A stretch of 64,000 nt of DNA from a virus (lineage: Duplodnaviria; Caudoviricetes): IMG/VR virus record IMGVR_UViG_3300008259_002461; one strand, given 5' to 3'. Under the pieces are notes generated by a model. That model saw only the letters and a list, made by a program, of their open reading frames with translations, ran no database searches and was not told the origin of the DNA. Position 1 is the first letter of the stretch. Each line of letters begins with the position of its first letter. Positions 47,640 through 56,588 of this stretch are shown here, piece after piece. Position numbers and translations under genes: made by a program.

Positions 47640-48298
47640 TTTGTTTCCTTTATTAAACCACGCCACAGTACTACATGTTCGTTGGACCATTGATTGCCGT
47701 CCCATTGTGCATATGTAGGAAATGGCCAATTAGGTGTTACACTTGAAGTAATTTGATAAGTACCGTTTCTTACAGGATTAATATTTACAGAAAACCAATC
47801 AGTTACTTCTGGCTCTTCAACTACTATTTCTTCAACAGATTTAATAGGAACTCCGCCTACAGAAATATTTTTATCAGGTTCGCCTTGAAATACTTCGCCA
47901 GTATCTTGATTAGTAAGTTCTAAAGGACCGTAGTAGTGATATTCTGTATCGTCTAGCATCCAACCTAACGCCTCAACAGCTTCGTATGTATCTTCGTCCC
48001 AAGCAGTATTAAACTCTTCAAGGTCTGTATCAGTACAGTTACGACCTGCTTCAGTGTCTGCCCAACATCCGTCAATTAGGTCCCATAGTTCCCAACATTC
48101 GTCATTTTCAATACAGCTAAGTTCGTAACCGTCTTCGTTTTTAAGTTCTTCGTCAGTAAGTGGTCGCTCATCTGATTCTACGCTAAAAGTACCCCAGCGA
48201 TAACCTTCTTCGCGAATAATTACCTTGCTGTCTTTATACCAAAATTGTCGCTCAACAGCGGATTTTTTATATTGTGGTGAAAGTTTCCAAGTAGTCAT
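47636..48298 (-). CDS. Hypothetical acidic protein
   Basis: Start moved to 48298. Confidence 0.65.
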   Translation of the reverse strand: MTTWKLSPQYKKSAVERQFWYKDSKVIIREEGYRWGTFSVESDERPLTDEELKNEDGYELSCIENDECWELWDLIDGCWADTEAGRNCTDTDLEEFNTAWDEDTYEAVEALGWMLDDTEYHYYGPLELTNQDTGEVFQGEPDKNISVGGVPIKSVEEIVVEEPEVTDWFSVNINPVRNGTYQITSSVTPNWPFPTYAQWDGNQWSNEHVVLWRGLIKETK

Positions 48299-48308
48299 AT
48301 TTTGTTCC

Positions 48309-49148
48309 TTATCTCGGTGCAAACTCTTGTTGTAATTTGATATTGTCAAAGAATTCTTTCTTTGTATGAGGATCATCTTTAAATGTTCCTTTAAGGACTG
48401 TAGTCTGTGTTAGTGAGCTATGCGCCATAATGCCGCGATTCTCACAACATCCATGTGTTGCTTGAATGTATACTGCTACGTTTTCGGAGTCAGTAGCTTT
48501 ACTAATCTCACGGGCAATGTCGTTGCAAAGCTCCTCCTGGAGTGTGCCTCGTCTAGCACACCACTGTGCAATACGTGTGTACTTGCTGAGCCCAATAAGT
48601 TTCTGAGCGGCAATAATACCAATATAAGCAACGCCACTAACGGGTTGATGATGATGACTGCACATACTGCGAAGCTCACTACGAACAACCAACATACCTT
48701 CGTAACGGTCCTGCGAGTCGTTTGGAAATGCTGTTGCGTCTGGTCCTGGTTCATATCTGCCACTCATAATTTCGTTGAAGTACATTTTAGCAAGCCGTCT
48801 TGCTGTACCATGCGAGTTAGGATCGTTTTCACGATCAATCAACAAAGTATCTAATACTTGTTCAAATGCTTCTGTAGCTTCGTTGATTAAATGTTCTTTA
48901 TCACTTTCGTGTAAGTAATCACTTATATTGTCTCCAGCCCAATATCTCTTTCCTTCTCTTTTCATTTTAGCACGTAGTACAGCAGATAGACTAGATTCCT
49001 TATATCCGCCGTCACCTGCCATTGCGTCAAGTGCTGTTTCTTTTTTAATATAAACCGGCTTACCCAATGGTTCATATTTCTCTTCAACAAACTCCCTGTT
49101 GTCAGGACCGTTCATTATCGGATCCGGTTTAAATTCTGCTTTTGTCAA
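48309..49148 (-). CDS. folE: GTP cyclohydrolase I
   Basis: TARRLAKMY, SMCSHH, GLSK..RI, LQEEL and HGCCENRG. TTG start follows GGAG. Confidence 0.95.
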   Translation of the reverse strand: MTKAEFKPDPIMNGPDNREFVEEKYEPLGKPVYIKKETALDAMAGDGGYKESSLSAVLRAKMKREGKRYWAGDNISDYLHESDKEHLINEATEAFEQVLDTLLIDRENDPNSHGTARRLAKMYFNEIMSGRYEPGPDATAFPNDSQDRYEGMLVVRSELRSMCSHHHQPVSGVAYIGIIAAQKLIGLSKYTRIAQWCARRGTLQEELCNDIAREISKATDSENVAVYIQATHGCCENRGIMAHSSLTQTTVLKGTFKDDPHTKKEFFDNIKLQQEFAPR

Positions 49149-49155
49149 TTTTATT

Positions 49156-49182
49156 CTCCGAGTTATAGACGTGGATGTCTAT
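49156..49182 (-). promoter_or_regulatory. 5' leader hairpin abutting the folE Shine-Dalgarno
   Basis: AUAGAC-AUCCAC-GUCUAU (6-bp stem) then AACUC-GGAG. Confidence 0.45.
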
Positions 49183-49188
49183 TGTTAA

Positions 49189-49217
49189 ATTATATACTTT
49201 ATTTAGATCGTTGTCAA
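49189..49217 (-). promoter_or_regulatory. Consensus sigma70 promoter for folE
   Basis: TTGACA-17 nt-TATAAT. Confidence 0.8.
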
Positions 49218-49424
49218 TCATTCTGAAAAATATTTGTTAAGCATTTCTAGCTTATCATCATATTCTGCAATTTGAGCTATCTCTGCTTCAATAGCACTCA
49301 TTATGTCTGTATGCTCTGGAATAGCAATTGGGTTCCGTAACATAGTTTCAACATTCATTCTATGTTTTAAAATATGTGATTCAAAATGTGCTTTACTGGC
49401 TTGTAGTAGTTCTTTACGCATCAT
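49218..49424 (-). CDS. Hypothetical protein
   Basis: 68-aa ORF with GGAG SD. Confidence 0.7.
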   Translation of the reverse strand: MMRKELLQASKAHFESHILKHRMNVETMLRNPIAIPEHTDIMSAIEAEIAQIAEYDDKLEMLNKYFSE

Positions 49425-49593
49425 TGTCTCCTTGTTCTAATGCTTCTTTTAATTGCTTATCTTCATACTCAGCTAAACGTTGTCTAAATTCTTCTTCAGG
49501 CAGTCCGTGCCAACCAATACATTTACCTGTAGGACTGCGACCACATCCGCAGTTACCGATTTCGTTAACATCTTCTTTTACTCTTACTTGCAT
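49414..49593 (-). CDS. CDGSH-like 3Cys-1His [2Fe-2S] small protein (not in ORF track)
   Basis: My translation: MQVRVKEDVNEIGNCGCGRSPTGKCIGWHGLPEEEFRQRLAEYEDKQLKEALEQGDNDA (59 aa). It fills the gap and overlaps both neighbours. Confidence 0.65.
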   Translation of the reverse strand: MQVRVKEDVNEIGNCGCGRSPTGKCIGWHGLPEEEFRQRLAEYEDKQLKEALEQGDNDA

Positions 49594-49937
49594 ATAGTTT
49601 CCTTTTTATAGTTGCCTTTTTCTGGTATAACATGACGTACTCCGCCTCTAGGATCTTCCATGTCTCCCTTTCTACGGGGAATTAAGTGTATGTGCGGATA
49701 CATAACAGTTTGGCCTGCTGCCTCGCCTACATTTTGTCCAATATTAAATGCATCGCAGTATCCACGCTCAACCCAGTCATAACCCCACTTGTAGGCTGCT
49801 TCCCAACATTTTACCATGTGAGACCAATCTTCTACTTTAGGTACAAACAATAAATGTCCGTCAGTTACAGGAAATCCGTCCTTGTATACTGTAAAATCTT
49901 TAGAATCAATTAATACGTTAGTCCATGGTCCTGGCAT
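49584..49937 (-). CDS. HIT family nucleotide hydrolase
   Basis: GHLLFVPK, NIGQNVGEAAGQTV and YPHIHLIPRR. Confidence 0.85.
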   Translation of the reverse strand: MPGPWTNVLIDSKDFTVYKDGFPVTDGHLLFVPKVEDWSHMVKCWEAAYKWGYDWVERGYCDAFNIGQNVGEAAGQTVMYPHIHLIPRRKGDMEDPRGGVRHVIPEKGNYKKETICK

Positions 49938-50169
49938 TTTTCTGTTCCTCATAGGATTTAAATAAACGAGTTACTGCTTCCATTTGTTCTTGGAATACAT
50001 CTGGTGCGCCGTCGGCTGCACGTTTCATATCCCAGTCGCTAGGATAATGACGCAAACAATGTCTAGCGCCGTCTTTAATTGCTTTCGGGACTCGAGGAGT
50101 ATTCAGAATCTCAACTAAAAATTTTTGAGTCTGTACCACTGCTCGATACCTTTCGTCAGGTAGTGTCAT
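49918..50169 (-). CDS. Hypothetical protein
   Basis: MTLPDERYRAV start at 50169. Confidence 0.65.
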   Translation of the reverse strand: MTLPDERYRAVVQTQKFLVEILNTPRVPKAIKDGARHCLRHYPSDWDMKRAADGAPDVFQEQMEAVTRLFKSYEEQKNARTMD

Positions 50170-50711
50170 TCTGATTGTTCCCATGGATATACTAACCAAA
50201 CATCTTCTTCTGCCTTGTTTACTTCTGTACTGTAGTAGCTAACTTCGTCAAACTTAGAACTTAGATTGTTAGTTAGCACTGCAAATCTAACGTTCTTACC
50301 CCACACACTATTCCATGCTGAATCTTCGTTTGGAAAACATCCACTAGACCAATCTTCTTTGATCCAATTAAACGTAGCACCGGTATCGTTGATATCATCG
50401 ATAACAAGGATATTCTTTCTTTTTGAAATATCCCATCTACTCTTTAATGTCAATTGCTCTTCAGGTGATACAACCCCAAATGCATCTTCAGCTATACCTA
50501 AATCACTTACACATTGGCCACCATCACGCAGACTAACTTCTAGTGGGCGCATAGGAATATCAGTTAGATGACTTAGTATTACAGCAGGTATAGCACCGCC
50601 ACGAGTAATACCAACAATGTAGTCTGGACGCCAATTATCTTTGTACATCTGCATACTGATGCCTACACACATGTGTTGAATATCAGACCAAGTGTAGTAG
50701 AGTTTCTTCAT
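50166..50711 (-). CDS. Type I (purine) phosphoribosyltransferase
   Basis: IVGITRGG, LVIDDINDTGAT (PRPP loop) and VYPWE. Confidence 0.88.
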   Translation of the reverse strand: MKKLYYTWSDIQHMCVGISMQMYKDNWRPDYIVGITRGGAIPAVILSHLTDIPMRPLEVSLRDGGQCVSDLGIAEDAFGVVSPEEQLTLKSRWDISKRKNILVIDDINDTGATFNWIKEDWSSGCFPNEDSAWNSVWGKNVRFAVLTNNLSSKFDEVSYYSTEVNKAEEDVWLVYPWEQSE

Positions 50712-50938
50712 TGCGTTAAACCGTAGGCCAATGCTTGAAGTTCTTCTTTAGTCATAAAAAAATTGTATGTTTGACTATCGGCAACTTCACCGTCTTTTAA
50801 ACTTTCTTGAATAAGTTCAAGACTAAACAATCCCTTAGGGTTTAGTACTTCGTGTTTTACCATGCGTACACGATAACCATCGTGTTCTTTAATTGTCATT
50901 TCTCTACGAGTGTGTGCAACTGATTCATGTAGTTTCAT
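50708..50938 (-). CDS. Hypothetical protein
   Basis: ORF with ATGA coupling. Confidence 0.65.
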   Translation of the reverse strand: MKLHESVAHTRREMTIKEHDGYRVRMVKHEVLNPKGLFSLELIQESLKDGEVADSQTYNFFMTKEELQALAYGLTQ

Positions 50939-51360
50939 TTTGAGTCCTTTATAGTTTCAAATATTTTATACTTTTCTTCGGCAAGTCGATACTCTTGTGC
51001 CGCCTCTTTAATTTTTATATTAACATCACTTTGAAGTTTTTGCAAGAGTAATTGATATTGTTCTCCTGATTGTTTAAGTCCTTTAAACTTTGATTCTAAA
51101 TCCCTGTTACGATTTACAACGCCAGTGACTGCCATTAAATCTTTAAGTACTTGTTCAACATCAATGCCGTTAACGTCAAGCGGAACAGTAACAGTCATCC
51201 GACCTTGATTTATTATCAAACTAGCATCTACAGACGAATTAGTAATTGCAGAGGTAGTATATCCACCATTGACTACTGTATTGTTATTAGGAGCAAGATT
51301 ATTATACAATGAATTAACAGTCCATGCAATCGGATTGGATTTAGTATTAACTGTTCCCAT
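50935..51360 (-). CDS. Hypothetical protein
   Basis: Low-complexity N-terminus and coiled-coil C-terminus. Confidence 0.65.
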   Translation of the reverse strand: MGTVNTKSNPIAWTVNSLYNNLAPNNNTVVNGGYTTSAITNSSVDASLIINQGRMTVTVPLDVNGIDVEQVLKDLMAVTGVVNRNRDLESKFKGLKQSGEQYQLLLQKLQSDVNIKIKEAAQEYRLAEEKYKIFETIKDSK

Positions 51361-51799
51361 GCCGTTCCTTTAGATATTGTTCGTTTGGTATCCATTTATT
51401 GTTAACTAAAAATCCCCAATCACGTTTATGTGGACCAGGCATAAAAAGTGTCCAAGCAGTGACACCTTCTTTTAGTTCAATGCGATGATAGCTATTAGGA
51501 CTGCAAATACGGAAATGCCCAGGACCTCTCCATTTACGCACTTCACATGATTTAGTGCCGTCTGAATTAAATTGCGGAATCCATTCGTAGTAACCGCCTT
51601 TAAGAATTAATGTAGCATAAGGCCAAGGATGATCATGTACATCATCTGGATCGCCTTTTAAAAACTTGTGTAAAAATATATTGAAAGGAAAACGTTCTCT
51701 TTCTTTTAAGAAAAGATAGTAACGCTCTAAATACGGCTCGTCATTAACACGATCCATAATAATTCTTTTTCTACCTAAACGTTCAAGAATTTTCAGCAT
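51347..51799 (-). CDS. Cupin-fold protein
   Basis: DVHDHPW..GGYYE..YHRIEL. Start moved to 51799. Confidence 0.7.
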   Translation of the reverse strand: MLKILERLGRKRIIMDRVNDEPYLERYYLFLKERERFPFNIFLHKFLKGDPDDVHDHPWPYATLILKGGYYEWIPQFNSDGTKSCEVRKWRGPGHFRICSPNSYHRIELKEGVTAWTLFMPGPHKRDWGFLVNNKWIPNEQYLKERHGNS

Positions 51800-52181
51800 C
51801 TTTCTTACCTTTCCAATCTTGTAGTACAAGATCGTATACTGTTTTGAAGTTTTCGTATACCTTTGCTAGTGCAGGGTATTCTTTACACATAGATTCAACT
51901 TCAACTATTTCGATATGCGTGTTTTGTGTGGTTACCCACCATTGGGGGTCTACAGGGCTTATTGTAGTGTAAGTTCCACCAGCGCCGCTGGTTATCGTAT
52001 TATATCCACCTGCACCACTGCCTATACTAATAGTATCATCAAGAGTTATTGTATAACTGCTATCTATTGAACCTAGATCTTGTGCTAGGATGCCAACACC
52101 GCTACCGCCAAGATATGTAGTTGTTGAACCGTATGTGTCGTTTAAATTTATAACAACAGTGTTGGAATCTTTATCATCCAT
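51783..52181 (-). CDS. Hypothetical protein
   Basis: G/S/T-rich N-terminus and helical C-terminus. Confidence 0.65.
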   Translation of the reverse strand: MDDKDSNTVVINLNDTYGSTTTYLGGSGVGILAQDLGSIDSSYTITLDDTISIGSGAGGYNTITSGAGGTYTTISPVDPQWWVTTQNTHIEIVEVESMCKEYPALAKVYENFKTVYDLVLQDWKGKKDAENS

Positions 52182-53265
52182 TTATTGCCTCATAAAGAGC
52201 TTTTCCTGAGAAGAATTCTTTTTTAAGTTTTGCTGTTTGTTTAAGTAAGCTAGGAAGAAAACTTTCGTAATTTTCCATATATTCAACTACTTGATTTACT
52301 ATTTGTTTTCTATTTTGAATATAAGATCCAAAATCTTCTGTCCATGTACTAGGATACTTAAACTCTGCTAAAGCCATTTCAGAATAGCTTAAACGATCAG
52401 GAACCATTGGAATAGCATTTACTAGAGCGCCTTCGTACCAACTAATACCTAATGTTTCTTGCAAGTTAGCTGAAAACACTAATTTAGCACGACCAAGAAT
52501 ATTATGATATTCGTTCTTAGTTAATTGTTGCTCTTGACAAATTACAAATTCATACTGAGGTAGTTGTTCTTTAAGATCGCGAAAAATATCAACTTGTTTC
52601 TCGGGAGCAATACGATGAGGGAAAACAATTAAATTTTCCTTATCCATGCATTTGTAACTGTCTAGGCTGTGTTCTAGATATTCCATAGGCCAGCCCACAC
52701 GTTTGATTCTAGGATGTTCGCCAGCCAATGCATCAGCTATATCATCTTCTATCCAAGGATTATCTAGACCAAACAATGTTCTTACAAACATGTCAATGTG
52801 AAAATCTGTAGCAAAGAAGTTATCGTCGTATGTAAAAAACATACTCTGTTCAGCATGTCTTACCCAAGGCTTGTTTCCAATCAGTCGACCTAAGAAATCT
52901 TGAGGATCATAACTACCAGCATGCCATAAGCCACCAATTCTGATATTAATGTTTAGCAATTCAGCCATGTAACGAAGCTGTATAACTGTAGGGTTCCACG
53001 CATCAGTATAAAGGAAGTAGTCGCCATCTTTAACATCTCCCCTACAAAACATCTCCCCTATGGTTTCCAACTGTTTACTTTTATAAACATTAGTACCACC
53101 AAAATTAAGAAATGCTCCAGGAGTTGTAGCTTGTGGTGTATCACCGCCACTAATGACTACTACTTCTTTATTCGTAGCATGATGCAGTTGTTTAGGTAAG
53201 TATTCCTTCCACTGCTTAGTATAGCGAGTGTCAACTGCTTCAATATCTACGATATAGATTGTCAT
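52174..53265 (-). CDS. GT-B (GT4-like) glycosyltransferase
   Basis: FPHRIAPEKQ, NLQETLGISWYEG (ExFGxxxxE-like) and VPDRLSYSEM. Confidence 0.75.
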   Translation of the reverse strand: MTIYIVDIEAVDTRYTKQWKEYLPKQLHHATNKEVVVISGGDTPQATTPGAFLNFGGTNVYKSKQLETIGEMFCRGDVKDGDYFLYTDAWNPTVIQLRYMAELLNINIRIGGLWHAGSYDPQDFLGRLIGNKPWVRHAEQSMFFTYDDNFFATDFHIDMFVRTLFGLDNPWIEDDIADALAGEHPRIKRVGWPMEYLEHSLDSYKCMDKENLIVFPHRIAPEKQVDIFRDLKEQLPQYEFVICQEQQLTKNEYHNILGRAKLVFSANLQETLGISWYEGALVNAIPMVPDRLSYSEMALAEFKYPSTWTEDFGSYIQNRKQIVNQVVEYMENYESFLPSLLKQTAKLKKEFFSGKALYEAING

Positions 53266-53519
53266 TAAGAACCTCTACGGTCGTAAAAACGTTTTGCACC
53301 ATTGTTAGTATTGGTGTTATTGTTGTAATTATTAAATCTACCACGACTCTTCGATTTGTAGATTAAGAATTTTTGGTAAGCCTGCCAAACAGGCGACTGG
53401 GTATCATAAAGATCCTTCTCATCGAAAGGATACCCACCGTAACCTTCGAAGCGACAAAAGTCGCGGAACTTATCCAAGTCGTCGAAAATTTTATTGACTG
53501 GAGGAAAAGTTTGTGCCAT
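53265..53519 (-). CDS. Hypothetical protein
   Basis: 84-aa ORF within the operon. Confidence 0.65.
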   Translation of the reverse strand: MAQTFPPVNKIFDDLDKFRDFCRFEGYGGYPFDEKDLYDTQSPVWQAYQKFLIYKSKSRGRFNNYNNNTNTNNGAKRFYDRRGS

Positions 53520-53532
53520 TTTAATTTACCTT

Positions 53533-53922
53533 TTAAAGATTGAATGGATAATAGATAAGTGAGCCGTTTTCTCCATCTTCGGAGACTTCTATTTCGACAA
53601 AGCGGCCTGGAAACTTTGAACGAATTTGCTGATACAAATCATCTGAAATCATCTCACATGATTTGTGATTCAGTTCTAGTGTGCCTTGATTATAAAGATT
53701 TTCTAACCAACGCTTAAATTGAATAAATTCGATGTCACGATCGTCGTGAAACACTTCGATACGAATTTTAAAGTGAAAAATGTGTCTATGGGGATAGCCT
53801 AGAAAACTTACGTCATACTGATCTCCAGTTTTTAGATTAGGGTCTGTAAGTGCTGCCGGGTAAAGATGAATGCCTTCTTTACGGAAGGTTACCCAGATGC
53901 TTTTTGTAATTGCTGTACTCAT
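53533..53922 (-). CDS. queD: QueD/PTPS-like T-fold enzyme
   Basis: EGIH..HRHIFH metal site, IEFIQFK, SCEMI and EDGENG. Confidence 0.6.
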   Translation of the reverse strand: MSTAITKSIWVTFRKEGIHLYPAALTDPNLKTGDQYDVSFLGYPHRHIFHFKIRIEVFHDDRDIEFIQFKRWLENLYNQGTLELNHKSCEMISDDLYQQIRSKFPGRFVEIEVSEDGENGSLIYYPFNL

Positions 53923-53928
53923 GTTCTT

Positions 53929-53957
53929 ATGATACTTTCAATGTAGGTAGTTGTCAA
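53929..53957 (-). promoter_or_regulatory. Sigma70 promoter, probably leaderless transcript
   Basis: TTGACA-17 nt-TATCAT with the ATG 6 nt downstream. Confidence 0.65.
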
Positions 53958-53958
53958 C

Positions 53959-54483
53959 TTATTTGATAACTTCGTCTTCGGAATATTGAGACCATTCGGT
54001 AAACTTTGAACGATCCATTAGGTCGTGTAGGCTGTGACACCAAACACCGGGATTAGATGCTTTAAAATCTTTGTCGTCAATCTTAAGCATTGTGTTGTAA
54101 TTCCATAAACGGATGTATGGAATAGGAACTCGAATCTGTGGAATAAAATTGCTATACTCGTTAAATGCACTGTCGTTGAATGTTTCAACGTGGGATAATG
54201 GAATGTCTAAAGTACATAGAACACCTTGTTCCAAGAATGGAAGAATCATAGATTCCCACTCTAACCATGCGTCAAAGCTACCTATGTCAGGATGAAAGCT
54301 GTGATTAGCACCAAAGAAAATATGCTTTACATCTTGTTCGATCATGTGCTTTTCTACAACGTCTGGACTATGAACCCCTGTAACAAACAGTGTGGGCATT
54401 CCATAAGCAGGAGTTTTTTCTATTTCATATCCAAAGAAAAATACTGCGTCATCTGCTTCACCTGTGCTGTAATCTCTTTTCAT
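53959..54483 (-). CDS. Hypothetical protein between the TGT-like and QueD-like genes
   Basis: 174-aa ORF with HIFFGANHSF and NPGVWCH, fold unrecognised. Confidence 0.75.
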   Translation of the reverse strand: MKRDYSTGEADDAVFFFGYEIEKTPAYGMPTLFVTGVHSPDVVEKHMIEQDVKHIFFGANHSFHPDIGSFDAWLEWESMILPFLEQGVLCTLDIPLSHVETFNDSAFNEYSNFIPQIRVPIPYIRLWNYNTMLKIDDKDFKASNPGVWCHSLHDLMDRSKFTEWSQYSEDEVIK

Positions 54484-54689
54484 GTTAAAGTCATTCTTAT
54501 TAATTGTTGGTTGATTCGATGTATCTCGTCTTTAAGCCATAGCTTCATAGTTTTCTTTTTTCGAACTTCGTCTGAGGCTGTTATATTATTATAGCGTACT
54601 TCAATTTCTGTGTCAAGCTCTTTATGTCGCCGTTCTAATTCTTCTAGATGTGCTTTGAGTTTATCATAGTCATTATTAAAGTTGCTCAT
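54480..54689 (-). CDS. DUF465/YdcH-like coiled-coil protein
   Basis: LEELERRHKELD..KLWLKDEI. Confidence 0.6.
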   Translation of the reverse strand: MSNFNNDYDKLKAHLEELERRHKELDTEIEVRYNNITASDEVRKKKTMKLWLKDEIHRINQQLIRMTLT

Positions 54690-56235
54690 CCTCTAACGCC
54701 TCCAATTTATGTTCTTCATCTTCTGTAAAACAACCATCTTCCAGTTCTTCTACTTCAGGTTCAACTACATCAAACAAAGCTCCAAAATATGTGCTAGAGT
54801 TTACAGTCTTTTTACCAATGGCGCCTCTAGTGCCTGGAATAGCCATCCAAAACTTTGAGTTTTGTTCTATCAACTTATTTGCAGCTTCTCTTGTAGTCTG
54901 TGAAAAGATTTCTTCTACAAGATCTCTAAAGAACACCCTGTCAAACTTTTCTTGTACAAGCATGTTTGGTACAACTCCAGCATCATACTGTCTGTTAGCT
55001 TCCTGTACTGCATTAATATGGCTCCAAACATTATGGCCCATTTGAATAGCGTAACTAAAACTATCCCAACTTGTGCGACCTTCTTTGCCAATTTTATTCA
55101 AGTCACCTGGTTTGTAAACGCATACATCACTAACTTTCATTTCTGCTGTAATAGGACTATCTTCAAAGTTTTTAAAGATACCATCTTGCAATACTGCTTG
55201 TTTAAAAGTTCTAGTATCAGTTGCATACTTTTTATCGTCAATGCTTGGAACCATTCTATAGGTCCACTTGCCTCTATCAGGTGTTTCGTTCTGAATATAA
55301 ATCTGTCCATTAGCAGTTGCTAAGAATGGACTTGCACAGTCAAATGTCAACATCATAGTAGGATTGTAATACTTACGAATAGCACGTTGTAAGTCTGTAA
55401 GCAAACATGCCCACTCTAACTTACTAGTACCCAAGAAGTGCATTACATCATGTACGCCACTTTGTAGTAAGCCATCAAAGTGTAGTGCTACTATACGTTT
55501 AAGTACTAGATGCACGTCACACATATTTTGCCCACCCATTGACCACCCATTAAAGTGATTGTCAGGATACTTAACTGGATCGCAATAATCTTTCATCTGC
55601 TGATACCAATCTTCTGCATCTGTATGATTCTCACCTTGTAGTACGTTTAAGAACTTACAAGCACCTGTACGATGCTTCATCCAATAATCGTTATTGATAC
55701 GTGTTGCGGTTACAGCTTCGTCGTATGTACTAATGCCTGTAGCTTTTGCACCTTCGGGTGAGCGAGCGACCCAGGCAGGAATATCAAGTACCATGCCATA
55801 GTCCATATACGCATCCATCCAACGTAATACACCATCTCGTTTCTTTTGTGCCTTAGGACAATTAGGATCTTTCCAATCACCTTCCCAAACACCCTTACCA
55901 ATCTGGAAACCACCTGAGTCGCCTAGTAACCAAGTGTTTTGACGATCCCTGTTCCGTACCATATCTTCTTTAGGCACAATTTTGTTTGTATCTAAATCAG
56001 CGTGACCCGCAGAGTAAAGCGTCCACTTATAGGTAAACGCTCCCTGTTGTGCATTTAGATAGTTAAGACTTTCTACACCATTTTGAAAGTTAGCCGGAAT
56101 ACGAGTGTCTTCGATGTAAGGACCTTTAACAGGATCAGGAAAACGCTGCTTGCCCACGTAAGTTGCATAAAAGCCACTTAGTGCTGGTAAAAAGTGTGCG
56201 TAATCGTTTTGTGTTGCTGTTAAGTCTTTATTCAT
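54676..56235 (-). CDS. dpdA: Guanine transglycosylase family protein (DpdA/TGT-like)
   Basis: GDSGGFQ, VLDIP, VLQG, SMGG, HFLG and TFDCAS (TGT catalytic Asp motifs). Confidence 0.75.
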   Translation of the reverse strand: MNKDLTATQNDYAHFLPALSGFYATYVGKQRFPDPVKGPYIEDTRIPANFQNGVESLNYLNAQQGAFTYKWTLYSAGHADLDTNKIVPKEDMVRNRDRQNTWLLGDSGGFQIGKGVWEGDWKDPNCPKAQKKRDGVLRWMDAYMDYGMVLDIPAWVARSPEGAKATGISTYDEAVTATRINNDYWMKHRTGACKFLNVLQGENHTDAEDWYQQMKDYCDPVKYPDNHFNGWSMGGQNMCDVHLVLKRIVALHFDGLLQSGVHDVMHFLGTSKLEWACLLTDLQRAIRKYYNPTMMLTFDCASPFLATANGQIYIQNETPDRGKWTYRMVPSIDDKKYATDTRTFKQAVLQDGIFKNFEDSPITAEMKVSDVCVYKPGDLNKIGKEGRTSWDSFSYAIQMGHNVWSHINAVQEANRQYDAGVVPNMLVQEKFDRVFFRDLVEEIFSQTTREAANKLIEQNSKFWMAIPGTRGAIGKKTVNSSTYFGALFDVVEPEVEELEDGCFTEDEEHKLEALEDEQL

Positions 56236-56237
56236 TA

Positions 56238-56588
56238 TTATACCAAATGTTGTGCCAATACCATACAGCTAATCCAAGCCCATATAGTGTTGAACCCTAC
56301 TAATGTTGGTAACAGTTTCTTCTCGCTAGCCCAAATCAATGTTAGACTTGTAAACAACGTGAAGAAATATAACCACCAAATTTGTATACCAAATATTAAG
56401 CCAGGAACAATAATAAAGGCCTTAGCCGCCCAACTGGCAAACTCTACTGTATTATAGTCAGTCCAATATTCCTTTGTAAACCACATGCCGTAACATTCTT
56501 TAATTTTTTTAAATCCTATGTGACCATATACAGCGCCACACAGAACTAAAAATGCTAAACATGCAGATAGTATTTGTACACTATTCAT
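56238..56588 (-). CDS. Small multi-pass membrane protein
   Basis: 3-4 hydrophobic segments. Confidence 0.65.
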   Translation of the reverse strand: MNSVQILSACLAFLVLCGAVYGHIGFKKIKECYGMWFTKEYWTDYNTVEFASWAAKAFIIVPGLIFGIQIWWLYFFTLFTSLTLIWASEKKLLPTLVGFNTIWAWISCMVLAQHLV

